Position numbers and translations under genes: made by a program. From the human T2T-CHM13v2.0 reference genome, Homo sapiens: 64,000 nt of DNA. The stretch lies in assembly GCF_009914755.1 (NCBI RefSeq), contig NC_060927.1. One strand, written 5' to 3'. The first letter of the stretch is position 1, and every line of letters begins with the position of its first letter. Below the pieces are notes generated by a model. That model was not told where the DNA came from, ran no database searches, and was given only the letters and a program-made list of their open reading frames with translations. Positions 25,791 through 39,490 of the stretch are shown piece after piece.

Positions 25791-27949
25791 CATAATAGTT
25801 ATTTAACTGTTCGTTTTTAATAAACATCACTTCATATCAAATGTCAGCTTTACACCTGTTATTTTTTCTTTATTAGAACTTATATTGTCGAAGAATTTTC
25901 TACTCTTAATCGTTTGCTTCATAGCGTTCTCATGTTAGTTCTTTCCTACTGAGGATGTTGAAACCATCCATATAGGGATTGGGAGGACATGTAAATTATT
26001 GCTTGCATACTTGACCACTAAAAGCCCACTACATTTTTCTTCTTGGATAAATATAAGCAGTTTAAATTTATACTGATAGAGATATTATTACCCTATCATA
26101 TTAACGCATTGAGAGTTTAATAGATTGTAATACAGGTAACTGTTTCCTCAAACCATTTATTTTTCAGCAGACTATTTTACCTTTAAAATAGTCTCTGTTC
26201 TGTTTGTCACAGGACCCGTGGGATGTGCTGCATTAATCAATTGAGTTTAATTTAAAAACATTTATTGAATGACTACTATTTGCTGTGGCTTTTCAAAATC
26301 CATTAAAAATAGCTTTTGGATATTTCAAATAATGATATAAAATTTGTTCAAAATTTTCACAGCAGTAACAACCAAAATCTACTTTAACTAAAAAAGCAAA
26401 TATATGGTATACGTTTTAAATCCCCTGTCTAGGCATTATATTATCCTTGATCTTTACCTCATCTGCCCTCTCACGACTTTTGCATGTGCTTCTCATAAGT
26501 AGGAGAATTTATATATGCTCAAACTAGATAATTTTTGCAAAAGTTTTAAAAACATTTTTCCCTGAACCATTAGTTGCTCACAATGATCACGAGCCAAAAT
26601 GACAAAAATAAGTACTTTTTTTGTGTTTTTACAGTCTTGTTAATCATATTTGCCAGGTAAAAATCATATCTCTATTTAGTTTTTTTCTTTAAGAGAATAA
26701 AACAGTACTAGCAGCACTAATACTCATAAAGTTTTCTCCTTGAGGTGATATTTTGTTACTTTTCATTATAAGAAACAACTTAATGCATTTAAGTTGCAGG
26801 GAAATAATATAGATATACCAGAACATGTTACCAAGTTCCACATTTCTGCATCTGGGGAATGTAGAATGGATAGGAATCTGAATGGCTGATTAGCAACAAG
26901 CAAACAAAACCAAAAAACTTCCCCAGGAAAGTTGCTCAAGTTCTTAACTCCTAAATTACATCCTCCCTTTGGACATCTGGACATTCTTTTTATGAGGCAT
27001 CTTGTCCAGCTTAATCTCTCATATAATTCTTAGGTTATGAACAGATTTTGTTTTTTGACTAGAATTTTATATTTTGGATAATTACATTGATTTGTATTCA
27101 TTTTCAGGTTTAAACCACACCTCTACATCTGAGTGTTTATTAAGATGGTATGAAGCACGGTGAGAACAAAAATTGTTTGTACTAGGAAACTGTATTATTT
27201 CATCTTTTGGAAAAAATCTAAATGATAAACCTAATCACATGTTGATATATTTTTAAGTACACTTTAAGGGAGTGTAAGTGGTTAAATAGGGAGTGAAGTG
27301 TTGGTTGCTTTATGAAGCAGTTGTATCTAAAATCCAGGCTCAGGGTCCAGCCAAAATAGAATGTGCATCATCAAACCATGCAGAGTAGCAGAGCTAAGCA
27401 AGGCATAACGTAGAGATAAAGAATCCTGGAAGTGGTTGCAGATATTTAGTAACCCTAGATTTAGGTAAATTACCATTAATTATAAGAAAAAAATATGCTA
27501 GTGAGAGGTACTTCATGGTGTCTAAGAAGAATTTTCAACTTTTCTCAATAGCATATCTATTTTTCTACAGAATTTAGTTTTATTGTATTCATATGCCTAC
27601 AAATGAAAAAATATTCTAGAAAAGGTTGACTTTCTATCCCTTCAATTATCTATTCAATTAGGGTCAACAAGGTCTAAGATTTTTTTTTTAGGCTGCCATC
27701 TATGAGGAAGTAGCCACTGAACTGGAACCATTTCTAATTATAGATCATGAATCCTAAGTGGACAATCTAATTTCAAAATCATGAACCAAGCCAATTCTAA
27801 CATATTTTCATGTACAGTTTATTTCCCAAATTCTAATAAGTACTTCCCCCCACCTTCCCACATACATTTTAATGTTTTCAAATTGAAATGCATCTTAAAA
27901 TCAATATGAACACTTAACAAGGTGGTTTTTCTTTTATGTCACAAAAGCT

Positions 27950-28460
27950 GGTATTCGATTGGCTTAAGTAATAAGAAAATTTGTTATCGCAATTAATAGA
28001 AAGTCTGGAGATAAACAAGTTTGCTTTTTGATTGACACAGTAGTTTAACTCTATTGGGGACTTTGGTTCTTTTCATCTCTCCTCTGCTAGTGATATGAAT
28101 ATAGGTCTGGCATTGATTTAATCATGGCCATAAGTTGGCTGCCAATAGCAATCAAGACACCTTACTTTCTTGCTCATGCCAAATGAAATAGAGAAAGAGT
28201 ACCTCTCCCCCTAGTCTAATACATATGTCCTTCCTTTCAGTCTGATTGGGTCAGTTTAGGCATCTTTCAGACCAATCAGAGTTATCAAAGAAATGCCTTC
28301 CACTGACTGGTTTATTCTCATCAAGCCCTACCAGAGAAATGCCTGAGTCTCATGAATCACTTGAACTGTATGAGAGACAGGAAGTATAGGATTCACATTA
28401 GGGCTCTGTTAGGAGAGAAGCAGAAGGAATAGATCTAGACAGACAACTTGTCATGTCCAC
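27950..28460 (-). mobile_element. Old MLT1-family MaLR LTR
   Basis: ggcttaagtaataag...tctgattggg...accaatca...gggctctgttaggag...tgtccac. Confidence 0.6.
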
Positions 28461-30229
28461 TTTTGAGAAGTGGACATATGTGAGCTGATCCAGAACCCCA
28501 AATCTTCTGTGCTTTTAAAAAAAGTGTTTCTGAGACTTCATAGATATCAACCAAGAATTTGGATGTATCCCTTCTCTTACCCCAGTTGCTCTACAATCTC
28601 CTCCAGAAACTCTGCCAAATGACTAAATAATGAATTCCTGATAAGGTGATAATGGCTTAGAATGACTTAATGTGGTAAGATTCTCAGGACTATTGCATTA
28701 TAACAAGACACTCCTAGCACAAAATTTCTCTCTGACGATGGTAAAAAGTTGGGTCCTGGGTTTCAGTAGGAGAAAGCTAGTTTAAGGTGAGGTGTCCTGA
28801 CCACTCATGGTTGGCTTTACATGGGGCCACCGAAACACCTTTGCACATAGTAATTTGGCTTACATTTTTATTGTTTGCCATTCAAGAGCACACTTCATCT
28901 AGAGATATTTCTGCCTTTTCTCCAAGACTCAGATTCAGCATACCCATGATATCTCCATGCCTTAGGGATTCAGACTTAAGGTCAGAATTTGAGTTCACTA
29001 AATTCACCAAGACACAAAATATTCACAAGTGGGATGTAAAAATCCCATTTGTTCACTGTCTTCTTCATGCTTTAATATATTTCTTTTGGTGGCATTGAGG
29101 ACCAGGCAAATCATGGAGGTAGTGCTGAGGACTAGGGGAACTCAATTTATTTGTAGTTCACAGGGTTATACCTGTAAGAGGCCATTTGGTAGAACTGATT
29201 GCTCAGGCGAAACCCAAGAAATGTACTTGAAGGAAACCCCATAAGCCTCTGTTATACACAAGTAATTAGAGGCATTAAGGAAAGCAGAAGAAGCTTCTGT
29301 GGGTGAGATAGACCCCGTTTATGAGATGACATCATCATTTGAGAGTTTAGCTTCATCAACTTTTCATCAATGTCTTGACCTGACGTGGATGACAAAATAT
29401 TCTTTTGTAATGTGAAATTTGGAATTTTCTTTCTTTTCCAATGCCCCTCAAAATGATGTTCTATGAGTTGTTATTAATACAATGGTAATTCAATAGAAGC
29501 TTTCATATCTGACCCCTACTTAAACGACTTTTCAAACTAATAATTCTCTTTTTCTACCAGAAAACAAACTCTGATCCCTTGCAATGAGAAAACTACTCTA
29601 ATACACCTATCATTTAATTTGTATACTAAAAAGATAAGACTAGGTGTTCAAATATGTTAATGCCTAATGTACTTGTTATATACATAAATGATCAAATATT
29701 ATATAAACTGGTTAAATAAGAGTATAAAAAGATGATCATTTTTTTCTGAAACTAAGTTACATATTATGGAAATACTTGATAAGGGCTTAAATTTAAAATT
29801 TCTCTTCAACCGGGTGGAGAATAGATCAAAGTCTGAAGGGTGCGAGTATCACAGGTATCTAGAATTCTTCACACAGGAATTTTATTAAAGGTCTATGAGA
29901 TGTTTGCTTTAAGAGCTAAGGACGAAAACTTTACATGATGCATTAAGGCGTTGGTATATACAAGAAAGATGATGCAGGGTGTTGAAGATCAGACATCCAC
30001 CTATCCTTTGATGTTAATCCAAACAACTAGAGAATATATATACATCTATTTGTTCTCAGTGAAAGAAAATATGGAAAGAAAGTATGTGTCTTTTTTAGGT
30101 TGTTTTGCTTTATCTGCACATTTTTGTTTAAGAGATCAGCTTTTACTGGAACAATTTACACTGGTACATACCCCTACCTGACCAAATCTGACACTTCCCT
30201 GTGTGCTGAAAGATCTGCACAGGGTGTGC

Positions 30230-30430
30230 CATCCATTCATAATAATCTGTTCAATCAATATTTATTGAGCACCTACCGTGAACTGGTCTCTTGTCCAGAA
30301 GGTAGAAAACACAGATAAAAATATGCTCTCTCTGACTTCAAGGTCATAGTCAAATGAAAGGAGAGAGATACGACAGGTTAAGTACATATGTCTGGGGTGT
30401 CGTGAGAAGCAGAGGAGTGACATTCAGTTG
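30230..30430 (-). mobile_element. L2 LINE 3' fragment
   Basis: cattca...atatttattgagcacctac is the L2 terminal signature. Confidence 0.7.
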
Positions 30431-30534
30431 TCGAAGTATCTAGATGGACAATGTATAATATGCTGCCATTCATTTTGACCTCTCTTGTTTCCAAAGACTT
30501 TTGGTGGTCACAACCTGGTATGTCACCTCATATT

Positions 30535-30725
30535 AATAATACTAAAATTTATTGAGAATTTACCTCGCACTGGACAATATGCTAATTGCTTTACATGCAC
30601 AATCCTATGGGGTCCTCACAGTTATCCCATGAGGAAGATTCCATTATTATTCCCATTTTACAGAAGAAGTTGCACCACTGAAAAGGGTAAAACTGAAATT
30701 CAAACTGAGTTCTGTCCATCTTTAA
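30535..30725 (-). mobile_element. MIR SINE
   Basis: atttattgag...tcctcaca...attattcccattttacaga. Confidence 0.7.
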
Positions 30726-30996
30726 AATATGCCTTCTCAAGTGTCCACTTATGGTACCGCCGGCAACTTTTAGTGTAAGGAGATCCTTATTCGTTCATGA
30801 TATAGTTTAAAAATTGTTTGAACATATGGACAATATATGTGCGTGTTTGTATGTCTGCAAAATATACAGTTGGATGTTCTCTATATGTACTTGCTGGGAA
30901 AATGTATGGTGTATGTATATATCTATAAACACTCCCTGCCCATATGCCGAGCGTTATAGTTAGCAAGATGAACCAGTTGGCCGTTACACATGCTGG

Positions 30997-31232
30997 CAGG
31001 GCCATCCTAGGAGCAGTTGCTGGGGATGTATATCACCCCCCTTCCCCCAGGAGGGCTGTCCTATTGTCTTATGAGGGCTCTTCAAAACAGTTCCAGGCTC
31101 TTCTCTAATGCCAGCATTTCTGTAGCCAATGGATATTTTCTGCTTTTCTCTTATGCTGGGGATGTGTGGAGGAAGGAGGGGGCATTAAAATAATTTTCTG
31201 CTCTAGGCTCTGATACACTTAAGACAGCCCTC
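30997..31232. mobile_element. Possible hAT-Tip100-like MITE relic
   Basis: Imperfect terminal inverted repeats cagggccatcct / aagacagccct; flanks catgctgg vs cttcctgg (6/8 match, possible 8-bp TSD). Confidence 0.35.
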
Positions 31233-31644
31233 TTCCTGGAATATATAAATGCCAGCAAATCAGCATTTCTTAAACTGCAGTATCCTTCCTGGAAATCCTG
31301 TTAAAGGACATACCCTGGCTGCTTGTCTCGGACCGAACAAGAATATAGCAAGCCTCATAATTTCCAGTGCTGAGATATTAGCATAAATCTCCCACTAATG
31401 CACCTCTGTCTTTTAGTGGAAGAGTCACTGCAACCTAAGAAAATGCGTTAAACTGAGAAGGGACTAATGTTTTGAAACTGGGGCATGGCACTATGAAGGA
31501 GGCATTTGCTGGGAGTTTCCAGTCCTGCAAATACCACTGCGGAGGCATTTAGAAGCTTTTCTTGTTTGGGCCATGAAAAATGATTAGATGTCTCACTAGG
31601 AAAAATGGTTTTGAACTGCTTATGGAGCAATAATAAGAACTTTG

Positions 31645-31995
<351 letters not shown>

Positions 31996-32918
31996 TCACA
32001 ATAATCTCATGAGAGAGGCAAGATAATTAGTCCCATTTTAAAGATGTGGAAATGAAGACTTAAGAGGTTAAGTGACTCTGAGACTTAGAATGTCAAACTG
32101 GAAGGGCTCTCAGAATTATTTTGGACACCTGGAGCTCTCTTCTGTGGGTGCTGTCTCTTTTTCCCCTTCTCACTTCTTAAACCTTGGTTCCCCTTCTTTT
32201 TGAGAAGTGAAAGTTTTAGGCACTTCTACATTTCTTGGAGCATGGTGTTTAATACAGACATTTTTGGTGTTTGTTGAATGCGTGTTAGGTGACTTTACAC
32301 AGAATCCTACGTGGGACTGCAGTACCTAAGACAGACAGGAGCAGAGTTGCAGAGGCTGAGGGGGAAGAGAAGCCCAGCGCCCTGCTCCCTCAGCTGCTCT
32401 TGGCTCCCACCTTGTCCTGTTGACCAGTCCAAGCAATGCACAGGGTACACCCCTAATAGAGTTCAAGATCTCATTTTACTAAGGCCTCCTTATTTGCTGA
32501 AAGCCAGTAAGTTTCTTTATGGCAGAGGTGGGTCTTAACACTAGGATCTTTATCTACCAGCCCAACACTTTCCTTCTAAGCAAGTCTGTACTTGTACATG
32601 AGAGTGGCTGACTGTGGCTTAGAGTTGGAAGAGAACTTAAGAGTTTTTTTAAATTGCCTCTGGACATTGGAATATCCTCTGTTCTATATCTGAATGGGGT
32701 CAATGAACTTCTGCTTGAATTCTTGGATTATAGTCACAGGCTTATGTCCAAAGGACATTAAGGAAAAGTTCAACTGCTAAGAAAGATGTGCTTCCTGAGT
32801 GAGTGGATGTATGGGGAAAGATGCCCAGTGGATAGTGTCAACAGTCCTGTGACCTTTATTCTCCTGGGATTCTTTTCCTCTCATCATGGGATAGATTTTT
32901 ATTATTTTACCTGTGCTT

Positions 32919-32922
32919 CGTA

Positions 32923-32959
<37 letters not shown>

Positions 32960-32960
32960 G
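32919..32960. repeat. (TG)n(CG)n(TG)n alternating purine-pyrimidine tract
   Basis: Read directly from sequence. Confidence 0.9.
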
Positions 32961-33059
32961 AAGAAAAAAATGGGTAGAAAGGAAGGAGTTTGTTTTCAGT
33001 TTTGAGTGATGGCATAATAAACTGAAATTCAGTTGTCCTTAAAGAAAAAATGATTTTGA

Positions 33060-33290
33060 GTCAACTTAGGTTTTAGTCTTGGGTCTGAGAAACCTCACAT
33101 AGATAACTTGATGGTCCTAAGCAGTATTTCTTCATAGATAAAATGAGTATAGTAATATCTTTTTATGGGGTTTTGTGAAGATTGAACTAAATAATGTATA
33201 TAAATTGCTTTGGCCAATGTCTAACACACAGCAAGTTTTCAGGCCAATAGAGGCTACTCCAATAATAACAACAATAATACAATTATAATC
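33060..33290 (+). mobile_element. MIR SINE
   Basis: tttcttcatagataaaatgagtatagtaata...gtgaagattgaac...ctaacacacagcaag. Confidence 0.6.
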
Positions 33291-33639
33291 ATATTGACAG
33301 TTACTCATATATGTGTAACTGTATATACTACCTACATATATTACACGTATGTTGCATATATAATATCTAGTATATATTTATATGGGTACAAACACACATA
33401 TGTATGTATGCTTAATACTGAGGCCTTAGAAAACAGAAACCTAAGAACTGAAACCCTTTTACAAGCCTGGGTCTCTTTTATACACCGACATAAACCAGAA
33501 TCTCCTTGAATTGCATTACTGCCCAGTCAAGCAAATGTTCAAGTTCTTTGAGCCTTCAGATATGCTATACCTCACTGAACAATTAGGGATTACAGAAGTA
33601 CACCGTGCTACTCCGAACCCATTTAGTCTTCCAAAAATA

Positions 33640-34050
33640 TTATATCTGGGACAACAATGGGATATACAGTGGTGCACAACAGACAGACTGTTCCTGCCCT
33701 GGTCATGGAGTTACAGATTCAATTAAGTGCTGCGAAGGCTAAGAAAAGTTCTATGAGTCAGAGAAAAGCAAAGGCCCCCTAATTTAAATTGAGGTTTCGG
33801 TGGGGAAAGAGAACAAAGCTTTAGGCCTGAAGTTAGCCAGATGAAAGAACAGCAACAACAAATGGGCTGAGTTAGGAAAGAACTGCTTATGTTGGGGGAC
33901 TAGCTGGGCTAGCCAAGGCCTTGCACGGGGTCAGATCTTCCCGGCCTGGCAAGTCATGGTGAGGAGCTTGGAATTTATCATGGGAACAGTGGGTGAACGT
34001 TGAGAGTATCAAGCAAGGAAGTGATAAGTTTCAGTTTGCATTCTAAAGAG
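33640..34050 (-). mobile_element. L2 fragment
   Basis: acagactgttcctgccct...atggagttaca...gtcatggtgaggagcttggaattta...aagcaaggaagtgata. Confidence 0.55.
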
Positions 34051-34349
34051 ACTTCTTCAGGACCATCCTCCCAGCAGCATTGCTCCTTTCCTCTCTGCAA
34101 TGGCCAAGTTTATTGTGTGAAACATGTCCACAGAAAAGGATCCAATTTTCTCACTCTTGAAAGGCAAAGTGGCCAATGAAGCTGCGTATGTGGTCTTGAG
34201 AGGACATTTATATTTTAACAGAGGTTCAAGTTTTAAGCTAAAGGAATAAAACTAAAGTTTTAAGCTAAAGGAATGCAAGTGTGGTTTTTCTTGCATCAGC
34301 AACCTCAGGAGTTGAAGGGGCTTCTTTTGGAGAGGGATGTGGCCTAATA

Positions 34350-34530
34350 ATGTGTGGAAACTCAGAGATAAGCAGACCAGGGATAAAGTCCAAGCCCTGC
34401 TTCCTACAAGTGTGACTTGTGTATACTCAATCTTCTTAACCCGCAGTTTCCTTATCTGCAAATTGGGAAGAGTCCCCACCTCATAGGGTTGTTGAACTGA
34501 GTAGAATAATGCATGGGAATAAATACACCA
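34350..34530 (+). mobile_element. MIR SINE
   Basis: cagtttccttatctgcaaattggga...acctcatagggttgttg. Confidence 0.75.
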
Positions 34531-35119
34531 TTGTGGGACTGTTTATATTAAACCCTACCATGCAGGGTGGGAAAAGGACCTTCCTTCCTTGAATTCTTCT
34601 TTTGAAAACATGATCACAAGATTCCAGGGTAATTTCAAATTGACTTTCTCATGATCTGTATCACATCATCTATGTTTAGACATTTTCACACTTTCATGCG
34701 AAAACATTTTGGGTGTTCTTCCTTTAAGAAACATATACTTTCTTCCACACATATTTTTGCATGTTACAAACTGTGTCAACGTGCAAATTATTTCCTTGAA
34801 ATAATTGGCGATTTAGTATCAGTGATGGGCAGGGGTGAGTCAACTGGAAGCTCAGGAAAGAGATTTCAGAAAGACTGCAGGGAAGGAGCATTGGGGAGGG
34901 AGTAGTCTTCAGAATCACAGGGTTTAGAATCCTGTGAGACACTGGCAGGATGAAATGAATGTCCAGGATGCTCCAGTGCTCTGAATTCCAGGCCCGAGAT
35001 GGGCTGGAGGTCCTCATTTTGCCTTCAGAAAGGGGCCTGGGTAGGAAGCAGGTGTCTAATGGTGCTAAGGAGGTTTTTTTTAATTCCTATGGCATATGCC
35101 CTCAGAAAGCTTGCTTATC

Positions 35120-35560
35120 TCCCCAACCCCCGCCCCCACCTTCGAAAGAAAGGGGTGGGGGAGCTGAAAAACACTTGGCACAGGTGCAAGAAAGCTGAAA
35201 ACGTCTGGCAGAGCTCACAGACGTCGTTTTCCACTCGGCACCAAATGTTTTACAGTCTTCGTGAGCCCATATAGATTCTGGCTTCTGCCCAGTCGTTTGT
35301 TTGAAACTGTAGGCTCTGAGAAAAGGCTCCACGCTGCAGCTGGCCTTTAAACTGTGTTTTATGGGGGGAGAGTGTTCAGGGTACAATTGGAATTAGGAGA
35401 GCTTGCCTTTGACGTTGGACGTAAAAGTAACAGATTGGAGCGGGGTGGAGCTCATGCTAAGGAATTGTTGGTCTGTTCATTTTCCCCCTCCGAAGACGAA
35501 GCTTTTGGAAATTTTACCTCAATCTCAATGATTTCACGGGCTAATTTACAGCGAGGCCCC
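35120..35560. promoter_or_regulatory. Candidate enhancer/promoter-like element
   Basis: No recognisable repeat; 16 CpG in ~430 bp (hand count); GC box 35128-35136, E-boxes 35181-35186 and 35337-35342, CRE-like 35220-35225 and 35410-35415. Confidence 0.4.
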
Positions 35561-35974
35561 CAAATGTGACTTTAGCCCAATTTGGCTCAATTTGACTCCA
35601 ACATAAATCTAACAGTTCCAAGTAATGGAGATGGCAGAACCGTTCTTAGTGATGTAAATTTCTTGCTAATTTAGGGCAATTGTGGCTTAGTTCCCACCTG
35701 CATGCATGTTCATTATGAATGAACATTTAATAGTTAACTATTTGTCTTTCTCTTTCTTTGTAACCCTTTTTGGTTCCTTATCATGCTTATGGCTCATAAT
35801 TTCAAAGGACTAATGACTAATTGGATTTTTTTTTGTAACTGTATATTAATGATGCAAACGAAAAAGACTTCAACAAGAGAGTTAACGCTGAAATCTGAGC
35901 ATTAAAAAGTCTTTCTTACTCTGACAGTTTAGGGAAAAGTAGGCATTTGGGTCCTCCTCAGGTCTCTGGATTCA

Positions 35975-36140
35975 AATAATAACTATTCTTTGTTGAACAC
36001 TCGCTACATGCCAGCTACAAGCCTAGGTGCTTCCCATGAACTTTCTCATTTTTTCTTCACTGTAACTGTGAAGTATGAAGATGAAATCCACGTTTCAGCA
36101 GAGGAAACTGAGGCTTAGAAAATTTAAGTGACTTTCCCAA
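35975..36140 (-). mobile_element. MIR SINE
   Basis: gaggaaactgaggcttagaaaatttaagtgactttccca. Confidence 0.75.
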
Positions 36141-36330
36141 AGAGATGATTATGAATGTGCATTATGGATTTACTTATTTGATCCTTTTCAGTTTTCAGGA
36201 ACCATGAAGAACAAAATAGTTCACAGTTCCCAGAGTAAATATAACACCCACTTCTCTGTTCTCAGTGGCTCGTGTGGAATGACTTATCCTGGAATTTAGA
36301 GTTGAAGATAATCCTGATGCTTCAAAGAGA

Positions 36331-36505
36331 AGAGTTGGAACACAGTCCTTTTTTCTAAACAGAGGAATTGTTGAATATGCGACTGAACCTCCGACTTAAC
36401 TAATTAGTTAATTTGGAGCAGAGTTTGAACACAGTCCTTTTTCTAAACAGAGGAATTGTTGAATATGCAACTGGTCCTCTGACTTAACTAATTATTTAAT
36501 TTGGA
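36331..36505. repeat. Tandem duplication, two ~87-89 bp copies
   Basis: 36331-36419 vs 36420-36505: 6 substitutions and 1 indel. Confidence 0.95.
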
Positions 36506-37107
36506 AGTTATAGGTTTTTTATTACTTGAGGAGCAGCTTTCTCTGAACAAATACAGTGTCCCCTGGGGTGTCCAAATTGTGACAGAAAAGTAGCGCCAGC
36601 TTGAAACTAGCTAGTCATCACATAGTGGCATCATGTGAATGAAGAATCCCCCAAATCTGTGACCCTCTTCTATCCTTATGAACTAATTCAATAAATAAAT
36701 GAGCACTTTCTCAGTTCCCAAACTGAGAGCAGTTTAAAAAAATAATGAGAGCACAGATATCTATTTAGAGAGATGGCGAGATAGAGGAGAGAGCAAGTTG
36801 CACACCACGAAACAAAGGGAAAGATAAGAAGAGAGAGTGTGTCACTACTTCCCCGTGGCAGAATCACAATCTTTTTTGGATGTCATGTTGAAAAGATTCC
36901 CAATTCGTAGTTCTGTGAGCTAAAGCAGATGGATGCTCCATGTTGGTACAAATTCCTATTTGAAGCAGTGTGGTTGCAAAGATGGGGTTTGGGTCATTTG
37001 ATTTTCTCCGAAAAACAATCTTGTGTAACTGTTAAAAGAATTTATAATACCCAATGCAATGTATCATCCGTGATGCTTCTTCAAAAATGTTAAATAAATG
37101 CTGAAAC

Positions 37108-37355
37108 CAGTGTTTCAAATATATTTGTCCAGATTAATAAACAGGGTTACTTTGGTTAATATATGTTTGGGAAATGCTGAATTTAACATATATAGACAGG
37201 TTTGTTTTTCCCCTGCAGGACTTCTCAGAGCCTTTACTATTGCCCTGTGATTCTCTAAGAAGGGATAATACTATACCACTTGATCTTAGAGTGCTTTTTC
37301 CATAAAGTATCTGCTTCACACTACTGTGCTTCCAAACAACCTTCGGAAAATGCTG
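37108..37355. mobile_element. MER103C-like hAT-Charlie relic
   Basis: gtttgggaaatgctg...ctgcaggacttctcagagccttta; cagtgtttc / gaaaatgctg termini. Confidence 0.75.
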
Positions 37356-38631
37356 AAATATTATCACTTAGGTAAAGAAGGGTTTAACTTTTTCACCCGA
37401 TTTTGGATCATTATGGCTAAGCCTCCACTTACATAGAAGTTTATTATGAAAATTTTTGATAGTTAACACGTATCTTTAGTCCTCTTTGGTTTCTTATATG
37501 TTTGTTAGCACATAATTCCTAAAGATTGATAACTGATTAGATTTTTAGACAATCAGAAATTAAAGACATACATGAAGAGATTAAAGCAGTAAGGTAAATC
37601 AGAACAGAAATTTGGAGTCTCAGTTCCCATTGAATAATTTAGTTGCCAGCCCTTGCTGGACTAACCACATGAGGTCATGTCACCTTTCTGGGGAATCTTT
37701 GGGAAGAATCCTGAAACAGAAGGCAAAATACCTCTCAGCACACCACATTTTACCTCTCAGGTTGTCAGGTGAAACTAATGGACTGTGTACTGTTCTTAGC
37801 ATGCTGGACCAGGTTTGCAGTGACCTTTCCCTGTAAGACAGCGCTATCTCCACCAAGGAGAATGCCAGCATATGCAAAGTCTCTGCTGCAGTCCTTTTTG
37901 ATTAGGTGTAAACTTGACGTATCCTATTGATGTCTGGGTCTCCATCAGTAGCTTGCAGAGAAACTTACTGTATTGTATCCCAAATAGAAACACTGAGCCC
38001 CTTTCAACATATCCATGTGTTTTTGGAAAATTGCAAAATTAAGGTATTTTTTGCAGTCTTGATCTTGGAGAGATTCTCTGAAGTTTTAAGCATCAGACTC
38101 CACAGAACACGGATCTACTCCCATCACCAAAGAAAGCCTTAACTGGATTTGCCACAAAAGGAGAAACCATATAAAAATTTCCTCCATGGCATATATCTTA
38201 TCCCATGGAAATAAGAAAAAGGCTCAGAATAGCCCTTCCACTATGTAATGTGGTTGAAATGTCCACTAAAAGTTTCATACGGGAGCTCAGATGTAGCTGG
38301 GAGCTCCTTCTGTCTTTTCTTCCCTATAATTAAGGGGGCATGTCAGGTCTGGGGCCCAGAGCTCTCCCATGATTGAAGTTTGCCACCCTCTTGCAGACAG
38401 AGGATTGAAAGCCTGGCATAGAATATCTAGCTATTGTATAAGTTTTATAGGACAACAGAGAGCATGAATAACCCTTGGGTTGTCTTTGGCAGTTGCTTTC
38501 TAGAAATTCCCTTTTCACAATAAGTAAAAGAATCAAAATATCACCCCCAAGATTGGCAGATGCAGAAGTATCACCTAAAGTCAGCTTCTACCTTCTAAAC
38601 TCTTCCATGGGTCATTCAAAGAGGTTGTGCC

Positions 38632-38965
<334 letters not shown>

Positions 38966-39181
38966 CTACAGAGATCTATTTATTCTATCTACACCTCAAC
39001 ATCCCCACTTCAAACACAGAAAGAGATCCTTTCCTCATCACAATGTATGTCACACGAAGCTTTGCATACTCCAGAAACTGGAGGACTTATTAAGTTTTCT
39101 TTACTTCAAATGACCATATAGTCATTCATTGTATAAAAAAAACAAATCTCAGTAATGTTCTTCTCATTTTCAATAATGGGA

Positions 39182-39490
39182 TTTTTTTTTTTTTTTAGAC
39201 AAATTGTGCTCTGTTACCTGGGCTCTAGTGCGGTGGCATGATCTTGGCTCACTGCAGCCTTGATGTCCTGGGCTTAAGGATCTTCCCAGCTCAGCCTGCC
39301 AAATAATTGGGACTACAGGTGCATGCCACCATGCCTGGCTAATTTTTATTTTTTTATTTTTTGGTATTTTTTTTGTAGAGATGAGGTCTCACTCTGTTGC
39401 CCAAGCTGATCTTAAAATATTGGGCTTAAGTGACCCTCCCGCCTCTGCCCCCTCAAAGTTCTGGGATTACAGGCGTGAGCCAGCACACTC
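39182..39490 (-). mobile_element. AluJ SINE
   Basis: Poly-T, then ...gctcactgcagcct...ttgtagagatgaggtctcact...gggattacaggcgtgagcc. Confidence 0.9.

Noticed and set aside
34651-35569. Several overlapping 70-97 aa ORFs as a novel gene
   Set aside because: Expected from locally higher GC; no domain similarity or coherent splice structure.
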